Of a stretch of 32,468 nucleotides of DNA, positions 8,342 to 18,072 are shown piece after piece. Position 1 is the first letter of the stretch. Each line of letters opens with the position of its first letter. The DNA lies in IMG/VR virus record IMGVR_UViG_3300011445_000016, positions 1 to 32,468 of that record; one strand, 5' to 3'. The notes under the pieces were generated by a model. It searched no databases. It was not told where the DNA came from and worked only from the letters and a program-made list of their open reading frames with translations. Origin of the DNA: a virus (Duplodnaviria; Caudoviricetes). The translations under genes and the position numbers were made by a program.

Positions 8342-10237
8342 TTAACCTCCAGTGCCTCCGAAAGAGTTTTCCTGAACTAAAGCAGCATCAAGGCCTTGTT
8401 GCGTAGTTACCTGACTACCAACAACATACGTTTGAATTGGCGGCTGCTGTGCTTGTGAGTTCGCTATCGATGTTCCTATTTGGTTTTCGGCGGAGGCTTG
8501 GAAACCTACGGTAGGCGCAGCGTTCACTCCACTCGGTGCGCTTATCGTAGCGGGTGCGCTTGGTGCGCTTCCACCCCCAACAGCTTGTAATGCCTTAGAA
8601 GTGTTTTGAATAATAGCCGCCGCACTCGTTGCTCCTACTGCAATATCCAAAGCAACCAAAGGAACGGAAATTGGAAACCCCTTAGCCAAATCTTTTGTAA
8701 CTGCTTCGGCTGTATTGATTCCGACCTTGCCCAAACTTACAGCACTATCCGCAATAATAGCGGCTTTCATTATCTGTTTATTCTTACCCGCTAATGTCTG
8801 CACGTTTTTAATTAGGTTTTCCCCTAATGCAGTTATTTGTTCCTGATTTGCTTTCTTTGCCGCTACTGCTGCCGCCTCTGCTGCTAAATCTCTGTCAATC
8901 CTGGCTAATGTGTTTTGATGAGCAACGTCCCCCATTTCCTGTTTAACCTGTTCAATACTTTCAGCTGTTAATCGTTCATCTTCGACTTTAAGCTCCCGTT
9001 TAAATTCTAAATCGCCCTCTAAAATTGAGTTTTCAATTTCCAATAAATCAGCTTCAACTTTTTTAATATCAACCTTTTTTTCTAGCTGTTCTTTATTGGC
9101 TTTTTCTTCAGCTTCTTTTCGCTTTTTCGCTTCATCTTCTAACCTCTTAGCCTCTTTTTCAGCAGCTTCTTTACGTGCTTTTTCTATTGCATCTATTCTG
9201 TCTTTGTCGGCTTGTTCTATTTCACGGTTAAGTCTTGCAGCTAATTGCACTTGTCTTGTAGCATCTTCTTTTAACGCCTCGTTATAAGCGTTTACGGCGT
9301 CTATTTTTCTTTTAGTGTATTCGTCTACCTGATCGCCATGTTCTTCTAAAAACTGTTTATTCTTTTTCAAAGACTTATCTGCTGCCGCTGTTAATCTGTC
9401 TAACGCGCGCTCGCCTTCCGACGTTGCGCCTACAAAATCAGTTACCGCATTAACTATATTGCCTATAAAATCCCCAACTTGAGCAAGACCCGGCACTAAG
9501 TTTAAAATAACTTCTTTTACTTTGTCAAAGTTATTTATCAAAGCTACAACCCCAACAACCAATAAACCTATCCCGGTTGCAGCAATTGCTCCCTTAAGTA
9601 CCTTAAACGATACCGCAGTAGTATTAACCGAACCCCCGAACGCCTTTGTCGCTAACGCTGCTAATCCGGTTGCTGCCGCGTTCGCTTTCATAGCAATTGA
9701 CGACGATGTAATAACCGCTTTTAATGCCGCCCATTGATCGCTAAAGTTTGATAGGTTACTAATAGCATCACTAAACGCCATCGCGCTCTGAACTTTCAAA
9801 AGCATCTTTTCAGTATCTTCCGTTTGATCACCAAATAAAGCCATTCCCGCAGTTACCCCTTGCATACCGGTTGCCGCCACTTGAGTAGCTGCTCCTAATG
9901 CTTTGAACTTTTGATCAGGATTAAACTTATCAGCTAAATCAGTCGCAAAACCAATATTGTCTTTTATCTCAGCTACTCCCTTAGCTGCTTTAATAGCTTG
10001 AGTTGACGTTTCACCGTATAGTTGAATAGACTTTACTAACTCCTGATTTGCTTCCCTTAATTGCGTCTTTAAACTCTTATAAGCTTCATCCTGTTTGTCA
10101 ACAGCCTTTGAATTATCCTTTACGCTTTCAGTCGTTTGTTCGATTGATACGTTTAAACCGTTTACGTCCTTTGCTGCTTTATCGGCATTCGTTTGAAAGT
10201 CTAATATAATTTTTTCTTTACTCGTTTCGTCTGCCAT
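8342..10237 (-). CDS. Tail tape measure protein
   Basis: 631 aa, Ala-rich helical/coiled-coil with the hydrophobic segment KGAIAATGIGLLVVGVVALINNFD typical of Bacteroidota phage TMPs. Confidence 0.88.
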   Translation of the reverse strand: MADETSKEKIILDFQTNADKAAKDVNGLNVSIEQTTESVKDNSKAVDKQDEAYKSLKTQLREANQELVKSIQLYGETSTQAIKAAKGVAEIKDNIGFATDLADKFNPDQKFKALGAATQVAATGMQGVTAGMALFGDQTEDTEKMLLKVQSAMAFSDAISNLSNFSDQWAALKAVITSSSIAMKANAAATGLAALATKAFGGSVNTTAVSFKVLKGAIAATGIGLLVVGVVALINNFDKVKEVILNLVPGLAQVGDFIGNIVNAVTDFVGATSEGERALDRLTAAADKSLKKNKQFLEEHGDQVDEYTKRKIDAVNAYNEALKEDATRQVQLAARLNREIEQADKDRIDAIEKARKEAAEKEAKRLEDEAKKRKEAEEKANKEQLEKKVDIKKVEADLLEIENSILEGDLEFKRELKVEDERLTAESIEQVKQEMGDVAHQNTLARIDRDLAAEAAAVAAKKANQEQITALGENLIKNVQTLAGKNKQIMKAAIIADSAVSLGKVGINTAEAVTKDLAKGFPISVPLVALDIAVGATSAAAIIQNTSKALQAVGGGSAPSAPATISAPSGVNAAPTVGFQASAENQIGTSIANSQAQQPPIQTYVVGSQVTTQQGLDAALVQENSFGGTGG

Positions 10238-10240
10238 CGT

Positions 10241-12526
10241 TTAGAAGTTTAATAGGTTTATATCCGTGTTCCCTGTGGTAATATCTATTTGCGCATCTAT
10301 AATGCTAAAGCGTTGTTCTTGTAATACTATTTCATTCTGTAATCTAAATCCACCAGGGACGTTTGACATTCCCGGCTCGGTAGTCGCAAAGTTTAAAACC
10401 AACTCACTCGCTGGCAATCTTAATTTATACGATTGGTTTAATGTATTCGGACTTAACAGTCTTTCAGTTTGCACCCGGTAAAAATCATAGTACAAACTTC
10501 TTACAGTTGCTTCATGAATTAAACTAAAGCCAAAGCTAAACCCGTTCGGATGAACCGGACTTGTTTTAATGTACGATTGTAAACGTGCTGCGTATAAAGT
10601 ACCATCCGGCATACTCTTTTGAAATGCTAAGTTGTTAACGTAAATGTTTGTGATACCGATATTCACAGTTAAATTTCTTAATCCTGCTGCAAAGAATATC
10701 GTTAAATCACCATTATTAGGCTTGTATCTCTTTTCTCCACCTGCTAATATTTCAGGTGGTTCTGAATTGAACCCATAAGAAGTAAATTCCGTCGCCATCC
10801 CATCAATTGGCAAAGCCTCTAAAATACAGAACCCTGTTTCTACTTTAAATTCATTTAGATTTTCTGTAGGTTTAACAGTTGGATATGTTGTTTGTCCGAA
10901 CTCTAAACCGTGAGCTGCTAAATAATCCTCGTTTGATTTGTACTTTGAAGTCTTATGCTTAAAATTGTAGTAGTTGTAATCTGCTGCAATGGTTTTACTT
11001 ACTGCTTTTGATACGATATAAGGCGTATAGTCTACCACTCTTTTGGAATATACCTGATTTTCTGTTAATAAATCCTGTGGAGTTAGCCAAAACAGTTTAT
11101 CATTGTTAGGACTTGCATCGAAAACAGATATGTTAAACGTCTTGAAAAAGCTATTTAAGAAGTCCACACATTTCGTTTCAGGCAATGCCTTGAATAAATC
11201 AATCTTACCCCCACCGGACGCACCTGAATTGTTATTAGTTGCTGAAATATAACGCCATTTTCTACGCTCTACCGAAGTCCCACCGAACCCATTACCGTAT
11301 GTGTGGTAATATTCTTGTTCGGTAAAGACATCCATATTGCTCCAACTACATAACTGCTTAGGTGATATTTCAATTGTAAAGGCTAACTGCGTTCCCAAAA
11401 ACATACTGTCGTTCAAAAATAAATCCATTTGCGATGTTGAAGGCGACAAAGAAACCGTATTTGTATAAAGCACTCTACCGTCTGTACGTTTAACGATTAC
11501 TAGAAACTCGCTGTTGGTTGTATCGTCTAAAATAACGATTCCGTTTAACCTTAGTGATAGCATAAAATCACCGCCCCATCGTTCAGGATAAAACGAATTA
11601 TCTAAGTTAACAGTCCAAATGTCTGTACCTGTATCGAGGATAGTGTTATATCTAGGACTACCCGGTAATCCATCACCGCCGGCGTCGTTGTTTTCACTTA
11701 TTACAGATAACGTTAAAGGATTGATTAAGTCAATAGTCGTTAGTTCACTAGTTGCCTTTATATCGGCATTACAATACACATACCAATCATTGTAATGTAC
11801 AGTATCTTCTAAAGGCATCTCAATGTCTAAATTATACTTTGCCTTTATTAAGTCGATGATAGTTCTGCCTTGAATAGCCGGTCTAAACTCCGACGTTTTT
11901 AAAACACCGGTGCCGGTTGGATCTGCTCCGGCTACATAAGCCACATTATCTAAATATGTCGCGTCGCCTGTGTTTAGCTTTCTTTGGAATATCCTATTAC
12001 GCGACATTAAAGGCACGTAGTATTTAGTTGTTATTCCATCAATCGGTTCTGCATCTGCCACCTTAATAGATGAGATTGAGCTATGCACGTCATTAGGCAA
12101 CCATGATACTTCAACAGGATTATCCGGTAACTTATTTATTAAGTCTTCGCCCATTCGGGTAGTAAGGCTTAGCATTGTAGTTGTGAAGTTAGCAGTAAAG
12201 GACTTTACAATACCGTTATCTTCCCTAACCTCTGTTAACTTTAATTTACCGGTTTGGAATAGTAACCCGTTTGAATATATCTTACAAGGAAATACGTTAT
12301 CAGTTTTGATTTTGTAAACCTTAGTATTGCCTACAAAACCGAATATCCTTTGATTGTTCAAAGTACCCGGAAAAGTAAACGACAAACTAAAAGCGGAAAA
12401 GATTTTATTTAAATCGGTAGTGTCTTTCAGAACGTATTTCATATTAATGCTTTCGTTCTTAGCTAAGTCAACTTTATTATACTCTAATCCATCAATAGAA
12501 ATATATACATCAGTTAATACGTTCAT
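10241..12526 (-). CDS. Putative tail tip / baseplate hub protein
   Basis: 761 aa adjacent to the TMP; DL...E.I......D......FS.SF.FPGT.NN.RIF and LP.....DFLNSFFKTFN motifs typical of siphophage tail tip proteins. Confidence 0.65.
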   Translation of the reverse strand: MNVLTDVYISIDGLEYNKVDLAKNESINMKYVLKDTTDLNKIFSAFSLSFTFPGTLNNQRIFGFVGNTKVYKIKTDNVFPCKIYSNGLLFQTGKLKLTEVREDNGIVKSFTANFTTTMLSLTTRMGEDLINKLPDNPVEVSWLPNDVHSSISSIKVADAEPIDGITTKYYVPLMSRNRIFQRKLNTGDATYLDNVAYVAGADPTGTGVLKTSEFRPAIQGRTIIDLIKAKYNLDIEMPLEDTVHYNDWYVYCNADIKATSELTTIDLINPLTLSVISENNDAGGDGLPGSPRYNTILDTGTDIWTVNLDNSFYPERWGGDFMLSLRLNGIVILDDTTNSEFLVIVKRTDGRVLYTNTVSLSPSTSQMDLFLNDSMFLGTQLAFTIEISPKQLCSWSNMDVFTEQEYYHTYGNGFGGTSVERRKWRYISATNNNSGASGGGKIDLFKALPETKCVDFLNSFFKTFNISVFDASPNNDKLFWLTPQDLLTENQVYSKRVVDYTPYIVSKAVSKTIAADYNYYNFKHKTSKYKSNEDYLAAHGLEFGQTTYPTVKPTENLNEFKVETGFCILEALPIDGMATEFTSYGFNSEPPEILAGGEKRYKPNNGDLTIFFAAGLRNLTVNIGITNIYVNNLAFQKSMPDGTLYAARLQSYIKTSPVHPNGFSFGFSLIHEATVRSLYYDFYRVQTERLLSPNTLNQSYKLRLPASELVLNFATTEPGMSNVPGGFRLQNEIVLQEQRFSIIDAQIDITTGNTDINLLNF

Positions 12527-13671
12527 TATCTTAAGTTATTAATTCGCCCTGTTGTAACTTCAAACTCTAAATCATAGTTAATCTTCCCTTTATCATTTAA
12601 TCGTGTGCGTTTAACAAATGATTCTGTACTACATACAACAGGAATCTGTTTGTAAGTGGAGAATAAACCCTGATCGGCTTCGGTTATTGTAACCGCATCA
12701 ACTGTTATTGTTGTGCTGTCTACCGTAACCACTGTGCTATCAACCGTTAAACCAACTGAAACAATATCATAAACAGCCCCGGTAAACTCCATCAAATAAA
12801 CCAAAGGTGAATAAATAACCTCTTCAATTTGTTCGGTCATTAACTCATGTAAATCACCTGTATTAAGCACGTAAGTCTGATCGCTATTTTCAATCTGTCT
12901 ATATTTCGAATGTGAAACGCTATTGTTAATGCTGTTTGTATTCCGGTACAATCTAGGCGTTACCTGACTGTCAAGTTTAACACTTTTAATTGCTTTGCCG
13001 TAAGGTGTAAAGTAATCCCAAAGACCATGTCGGTTAATGTAAACAATTAAATACTTATCACCTAACTGTAAACCTGTACAGGCTGCCGGGTTAACTGTTG
13101 AAGTAATTATGTTTTCGGATGTACACGTACCTAATGTTTTGGTAAAATCAAACTCCCTTTTATAGTAAACTAACTTATCAGTATAATTTCGTGTGTAATT
13201 TATAGGCAGTAACCCAAAATAAGGTTGGTTTGCTGTACTCATTGCAACATCTCCAACCTGCTCAAAGTCATATCTGTAACCCATTGTAGCAAAATTTGTA
13301 ACACTTTCAATAGGAGTTTCATCACTTACGCTTGTAACCTGATATTTATATTGGAAAAATACACCTTCACCGGATATGGAAGGCGGGTTTGCACCCGTAC
13401 CCCATGCGAATTTTGTCCCGGTTATATAGCTTGCAAGTATCTCAGATATTTGAAACTCTATATAATCATCGTTAACACTTACTTTATCGCCTATAAGTGT
13501 TTTAGTTGGTAGTACTGGCGGCGTATCTAGATCACCCGACCAGATATAAAGTTCACATTGTACGCTTGTTATAGTTGAATCGCCTGCCAAATTTCTAAGG
13601 CGTAACTTTATCGGAGTGCCGCAAAGATATATTTGATCTTCAGTTGTTATAGTTGTTGGTGTAACTGCCAT
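12526..13671 (-). CDS. Putative distal tail / baseplate protein
   Basis: 381 aa; YINRHGLWDYF, LNTG, E.I.SP.VY motifs; contains a 3x TVDS repeat insertion. Confidence 0.55.
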   Translation of the reverse strand: MAVTPTTITTEDQIYLCGTPIKLRLRNLAGDSTITSVQCELYIWSGDLDTPPVLPTKTLIGDKVSVNDDYIEFQISEILASYITGTKFAWGTGANPPSISGEGVFFQYKYQVTSVSDETPIESVTNFATMGYRYDFEQVGDVAMSTANQPYFGLLPINYTRNYTDKLVYYKREFDFTKTLGTCTSENIITSTVNPAACTGLQLGDKYLIVYINRHGLWDYFTPYGKAIKSVKLDSQVTPRLYRNTNSINNSVSHSKYRQIENSDQTYVLNTGDLHELMTEQIEEVIYSPLVYLMEFTGAVYDIVSVGLTVDSTVVTVDSTTITVDAVTITEADQGLFSTYKQIPVVCSTESFVKRTRLNDKGKINYDLEFEVTTGRINNLR

Positions 13672-14045
13672 TATATCGGTTTATTTTGTTTACCTTTTTT
13701 AAACGCTTCGGCATTCTTAAAATTATATAAAATACTTTCGGTTAAGTCCTTTTTAATAACCCTTATTCCTTCAGGTAGTAATTTCTTAATCGTAATCATT
13801 AACGCGTCTGTTGGCCCTTCATTCATCTTTGTTGGCCTTACGTCCTTCCCGTAATCGTTTTGATAAAAAGTTAAAACAGTATCCGGCTTAACAGAATAGT
13901 TAATTGAGTTTTTTAAGCTACCTGTGTCAACTCTTGTAATTTTCTTAGTTGATTTATAAATCTTTTCTCCTAAAATATTAAGGTTATCCTTAATTATCTT
14001 ATCAGCTTCAATCTGTGCTTTTGTTCTCCTTGCCATCAGTTCCAA
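13671..14045 (-). CDS. HK97 gp10-like tail completion/neck protein
   Basis: RVDTGSLKNSINY motif. The start may be a few codons downstream (MARRTK). Confidence 0.6.
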   Translation of the reverse strand: MELMARRTKAQIEADKIIKDNLNILGEKIYKSTKKITRVDTGSLKNSINYSVKPDTVLTFYQNDYGKDVRPTKMNEGPTDALMITIKKLLPEGIRVIKKDLTESILYNFKNAEAFKKGKQNKPI

Positions 14046-14490
14046 CTTTATTAACCGCTATTTTTTTAAGAAAGTCTTTTATTCCGTTTATCTTATTGGC
14101 TTTTTTATATCGCTCAATAGTTTCATTTATCTTACTCCTTGCTTTTGTGTTAACTACATTTACCTGTGATATACGACCGCTTTTAAAGCGCTTAACAGTT
14201 TGATAAGGAGCGCCATTATCATCCGTATAAAGAAGATTATAAGGTTCTCCTTTAGGAAACATTTCTTTTATGTTTTCTTCCAGCTTACTGTTGTTGTTGA
14301 ACTGTCCGTAAAAAACCTCAGTAAATGTGTACACCCCTTGCTTATCTATAACGTAAGATATTGATCGCTTCAATCTTCCCGTATCTACTTCGGCATCATT
14401 CTTTGACTGCTTAACAATATTTCGCGCTATCTTCCTTAGCCCTTCCTGATAGGTAAATTCTTTTTGTATCGCTGTTTGACTTTCTGCCAT
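14008..14490 (-). CDS. HK97 gp10-like tail completion/neck protein (paralog)
   Basis: EVDTGRLKRSISY motif. Confidence 0.6.
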   Translation of the reverse strand: MAESQTAIQKEFTYQEGLRKIARNIVKQSKNDAEVDTGRLKRSISYVIDKQGVYTFTEVFYGQFNNNSKLEENIKEMFPKGEPYNLLYTDDNGAPYQTVKRFKSGRISQVNVVNTKARSKINETIERYKKANKINGIKDFLKKIAVNKVGTDGKENKSTD

Positions 14491-14499
14491 GATTACAAT

Positions 14500-14958
14500 T
14501 TAAGTAGTTGTACAAAAACCTGTATTTGGTACAGAAAAAGTAATGTCAATTCTAAACCCATCTAAATTTGCACCACCGTAATTACTCAAAGGCTCTGATA
14601 TTGAAAGACTATCGATGTTGATATTCTCTAACTCAAACCTATCAATGTAGTTAACGAAATTAACGCATATACTTTGGCACTCGTTAAGGTTGTCGATGTA
14701 GTTAGTATCTTCCATTAACTTACTCGGTTGTTCTGCCTTACGTGAGTCCCTTTGCTGTAATATCGTTATAGTGTAGTCATCTTTCAATAAAGCGTTATCC
14801 CTGTCTATTTCGAACCCGTTATACTCGATTGTTACTAAAGGATAAATACTTTCTTTTTTAGTATCGATTATACCGGACGCACTAAGCGCAATAGTGTTAA
14901 CCAATTCATCAGCCGCGAAAAGGTTAACTATGTAGTTCGTTGTTGTTGATACACTCAT
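14500..14958 (-). CDS. Putative tail terminator protein
   Basis: 152 aa, acidic; YPLVTI and G..IDITFSVP patterns; next to the gp10-like genes. Confidence 0.5.
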   Translation of the reverse strand: MSVSTTTNYIVNLFAADELVNTIALSASGIIDTKKESIYPLVTIEYNGFEIDRDNALLKDDYTITILQQRDSRKAEQPSKLMEDTNYIDNLNECQSICVNFVNYIDRFELENINIDSLSISEPLSNYGGANLDGFRIDITFSVPNTGFCTTT

Positions 14959-15387
14959 TTACTTTATATTTTCTACGTACTTCTTATGCAATAAATAATT
15001 ACCCCAAAAAAGAAAGTCCTGTACTTTCATTTCTAACACTTCGAAAGGTTTATACTTAAACGATTGACAGATTAAGTAAACTAATTCAACATAACCCCCG
15101 TACATTTCGGCGAACTCCTTTCTATACTCGTCACCTATCGTCTTAGGCTTTTCATCCAGGTTGCTAGGTAATGCCGGTGGATTATAAATAAACTCGTAAC
15201 TTTCTTTTATCTCAAGTATTTCCTTTGCGTAATCTCCAATTATCGTAACGCATTCACTTTCATTAGGTATTCGCCCTATCAAAAGTAAATAAAAATTACT
15301 AATTAAATCGGTATTATCGGACATACTATTGAAATAATTATCTAAATCAATAAAGTCCCCTGCTTTGCGTTCAATTATGTTATACAT
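14959..15387 (-). CDS. Hypothetical protein, possible tail assembly chaperone
   Basis: 142 aa; F...YGGY...Y.I........V..M....FL.W pattern; tail-region context. Confidence 0.45.
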   Translation of the reverse strand: MYNIIERKAGDFIDLDNYFNSMSDNTDLISNFYLLLIGRIPNESECVTIIGDYAKEILEIKESYEFIYNPPALPSNLDEKPKTIGDEYRKEFAEMYGGYVELVYLICQSFKYKPFEVLEMKVQDFLFWGNYLLHKKYVENIK

Positions 15388-16595
15388 AAACTTACATTGT
15401 CATAGCCTATTGATTCCATCTCGTGGTATCTGGTTGCGTCAATCGCATGATTCCAGTTATCAATCGGTTTGTTAATTTTATCGTTTGTTCGTCTGTCTTT
15501 TTTCCAGGTGTATTTTTGGAACTCGTTAATCAAATCAACTGAACTTTTCGTTATAAGGTAGTTCTCTTCCTGCATTATCTGAATACCGTATGTGATGCTA
15601 TCCGGTCCTTTAGTAACAGGATAGGCGTTTATACCTAATGTTTGAAGTTCAGCTATACTTTTAGGCTCTGCACTATCGCAATAACAAGGCATTAAGGTAG
15701 GGATGAACTTAGCAATCTCTTTATTGCTTAACCCTTTGCGGTAGCAGATTTGATTTAGGATTCTTTTATCGTTCCACTTCCATACTTCGACTATTGCAGT
15801 CGGATCATTCGAATAACCAAAGTCAAGACCGTAACCAAGTAAACGAGCGTCTGCTGGCATCTCATCTATTTGCTTCCAGTTATCAAATACAACCCCATCC
15901 AATGAACCAACCATCCCCAAGCCATATACCCGCCACTTATTTGACCAATAAGAGCTTTTGGTATTCTCTTCTTTAAATAGTTGTTCGAATGGTAAGTTAG
16001 GATTGTGGAATCCTTTTATCTTATAGTCCAGGATTGAATCTACTTCACTTTGTGGCAAGAACTCGTTATCTTCAAAGGTAAGTGTTATAAAGTTGTTTTC
16101 GTTAATGTAGTCGTCCCCCCAGAATAAGCTATCCGGGTTGTAATCGATGATAGTAAGACCGGCACGAGATATAAACTGTACAGCCGTATCAATGTCCATC
16201 TTGTCCGCTTCATTGATATAAACAATATCCCTTCTAAAACCTTTACCAATATCGTTAACGTCTGCCCCTAAGAAATCGATATAACTGTCGTTAGGGTATT
16301 CATGTTTGCTTTCTGACCTATTAAACTGATCGCCGGTTAACACACCCCAGTCTTTAGCTATCTTCTTATAATCCCTTACAACCGTTCTTTTCATCTTTGA
16401 AAGTTCAGATGATATAACGGATATTTCTTTTGTGGATTTTTGTAAAGATATAATTAACAATTCAAGGATTGATATTGTTTTTCCTGCACCCTGCCCCCCC
16501 CTTATAACAAAAACGGTTTCGTTAGGATTAGACATAATTAAATTGCTAATCTTACGAAACGCCTTTGAATAGTTGTATTTATTTTCTGTCGCCAA
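15375..16595 (-). CDS. terL: Terminase large subunit (PBSX-like)
   Basis: Walker A GGQGAGKT, Walker B IVYINEA, DYNP, nuclease motifs YGLDFGYSNDPTA, CDSAEPKSI, NHAIDATRY. Confidence 0.95.
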   Translation of the reverse strand: MATENKYNYSKAFRKISNLIMSNPNETVFVIRGGQGAGKTISILELLIISLQKSTKEISVISSELSKMKRTVVRDYKKIAKDWGVLTGDQFNRSESKHEYPNDSYIDFLGADVNDIGKGFRRDIVYINEADKMDIDTAVQFISRAGLTIIDYNPDSLFWGDDYINENNFITLTFEDNEFLPQSEVDSILDYKIKGFHNPNLPFEQLFKEENTKSSYWSNKWRVYGLGMVGSLDGVVFDNWKQIDEMPADARLLGYGLDFGYSNDPTAIVEVWKWNDKRILNQICYRKGLSNKEIAKFIPTLMPCYCDSAEPKSIAELQTLGINAYPVTKGPDSITYGIQIMQEENYLITKSSVDLINEFQKYTWKKDRRTNDKINKPIDNWNHAIDATRYHEMESIGYDNVSLCIT

Positions 16596-17028
16596 TGTCC
16601 GGTAATTCTGGAATGTTTAAGCCCCCGCTTATTTCTGTTTTGGTAGTTTCAGATAGGTTGTTAAGTCGTTGAGTAATCGATGGATTGTAGAAACCCATTA
16701 GCCCCCCTATGATTTGATTTTCTCTTATCTCATCTTTTATCGCGCGGCAGATGGCAGAAAAGTCGTTGTAGTATTCTAGTTTATTATCAAAATAATCTCC
16801 TACTTCACCATAATTATTTCTGCAAAATCTTTTAAACCCTTCGAATGTCATAGGCACTTTAGTTGGTTCGGCTACTCTTTGCCCATCTTTGCCTACGTAC
16901 AAGACTTTAAGCCACTCTGTTGACTGTATATCTAAATCATTTTTAAACTCCCCCCATGCCTTTAATAAGTCGTCGGGCGTTTTAAAGTTTCTTTTCGGGT
17001 GCTGCCCTCCTTCATTATACTTCGCCAT
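16579..17028 (-). CDS. terS: Terminase small subunit (P22 gp3-like packaging protein)
   Basis: Overlaps the terL start; PMTFEGF and I...QI.GG..G.YNPSITQRLN.L motifs. Confidence 0.85.
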   Translation of the reverse strand: MAKYNEGGQHPKRNFKTPDDLLKAWGEFKNDLDIQSTEWLKVLYVGKDGQRVAEPTKVPMTFEGFKRFCRNNYGEVGDYFDNKLEYYNDFSAICRAIKDEIRENQIIGGLMGFYNPSITQRLNNLSETTKTEISGGLNIPELPDIGDRK

Positions 17029-17029
17029 C

Positions 17030-17236
17030 TTAATTTTGTCTTAAATCAATTTCTTTTCCTGTGAATTCATCTACTTCAGAAACGAACTCGCCCATAATCG
17101 ACAGGTACGGAAAATATTTTTTCACATATACCTCCGCATCCTGTTGACTATCTGAGTACACATCATTACCTACGAATGTTTTTATACTTCCATCCGTGCG
17201 ATCAATTGCTTTAAACGATGTAGTAAATCTTTTCAT
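17030..17236 (-). CDS. Hypothetical protein
   Basis: 68-aa ORF packed against terS. Confidence 0.7.
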   Translation of the reverse strand: MKRFTTSFKAIDRTDGSIKTFVGNDVYSDSQQDAEVYVKKYFPYLSIMGEFVSEVDEFTGKEIDLRQN

Positions 17237-17253
17237 TGTACTAATATACTAAA

Positions 17254-17406
17254 TTATTGTTCTAGTTGTTCAGTTGTATAATTATCTAACGCAAACTGTT
17301 TAACTCTTTCATCACTTGATTTATAGAAGTGCTTTGCTGTTTGTAACGTGATCTTTGATGATTTCTTAACCTGAACTAAATTAATTGCTTCGTCTAGGTA
17401 AATCAT
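17254..17406 (-). CDS. Small hypothetical protein (50 aa, not in ORF track)
   Basis: Manual translation MIYLDEAINLVQVKKSSKITLQTAKHFYKSSDERVKQFALDNYTTEQLEQ*; starts 1 nt after the upstream stop. Confidence 0.65.
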   Translation of the reverse strand: MIYLDEAINLVQVKKSSKITLQTAKHFYKSSDERVKQFALDNYTTEQLEQ

Positions 17407-17407
17407 A

Positions 17408-17647
17408 TTAGAATTTATACCCATCGTTAAGATGTTTTTGTATGTTGTCAGGATGTACTAATTTAGAAACTTTACCTAAGTTCATAAAGCGATAACCCTT
17501 TTGCAGCTTAAACACTTCATTTGCTTTGGCAATTTCCAACGCTGTCATTGCTTTGGCTTTCTCTTTGGCCTCCGCACTATTGCCGTGAATCTTATTAGTG
17601 TCTAACTCGGTAACGTTTTTCGGGTTTAATTTATTCTTTAGTGACAT
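17408..17647 (-). CDS. Hypothetical protein
   Basis: 79-aa ORF in a tightly packed cluster. Confidence 0.7.
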   Translation of the reverse strand: MSLKNKLNPKNVTELDTNKIHGNSAEAKEKAKAMTALEIAKANEVFKLQKGYRFMNLGKVSKLVHPDNIQKHLNDGYKF

Positions 17648-17858
17648 GATATATTTTTTTTACGGTTGTGTTTTTAAATACTTCAAATGTTATTCCTGTG
17701 TATGCTTCTTCACTGGTTTTAAATGAAACTATTTCTTTACCCCCTGATTTAGTTATGTAAGGCAATAGTATTTCTTTGCCGTGAAAGTTACGATCAACAT
17801 AGTAAACTTCAAATCTATTTTCATTGTTTTCTTTGATTACAAATTCAGGTTTCGGCAT
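17631..17858 (-). CDS. Hypothetical protein
   Basis: 75-aa ORF in a tightly packed cluster. Confidence 0.65.
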   Translation of the reverse strand: MPKPEFVIKENNENRFEVYYVDRNFHGKEILLPYITKSGGKEIVSFKTSEEAYTGITFEVFKNTTVKKIYHVTKE

Positions 17859-17861
17859 AAT

Positions 17862-18050
17862 TTACTTTTTTCTAGTTCCAGTTATTAATTTCGTTTTGTG
17901 GATCGTGTACTCTTTATGTTCAATAGGAAAATAAAGCATCTTCAAAGAGTGATACGGGAAACCCATGTTATCACAAGCAACTGTTAAAGCTGTGAATGTT
18001 TGCGGATCTTCGTCCTTTTTGTTTACTATTATGATATGTTTCTGATTCAT
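17862..18050 (-). CDS. Hypothetical protein
   Basis: 62-aa ORF beginning immediately after a repeated promoter motif, so the mRNA would be nearly leaderless. Confidence 0.65.
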   Translation of the reverse strand: MNQKHIIIVNKKDEDPQTFTALTVACDNMGFPYHSLKMLYFPIEHKEYTIHKTKLITGTRKK

Positions 18051-18052
18051 AT

Positions 18053-18072
18053 TGTAAAGATAGTGTTTATTT
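18053..18072 (-). promoter_or_regulatory. Repeated phage promoter motif (AAATAAACACTATCTTTACA)
   Basis: Same 20-mer as at 23182 and 28166; contains a TAnnTTTA variant of the Bacteroidota -7 box. Confidence 0.7.
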
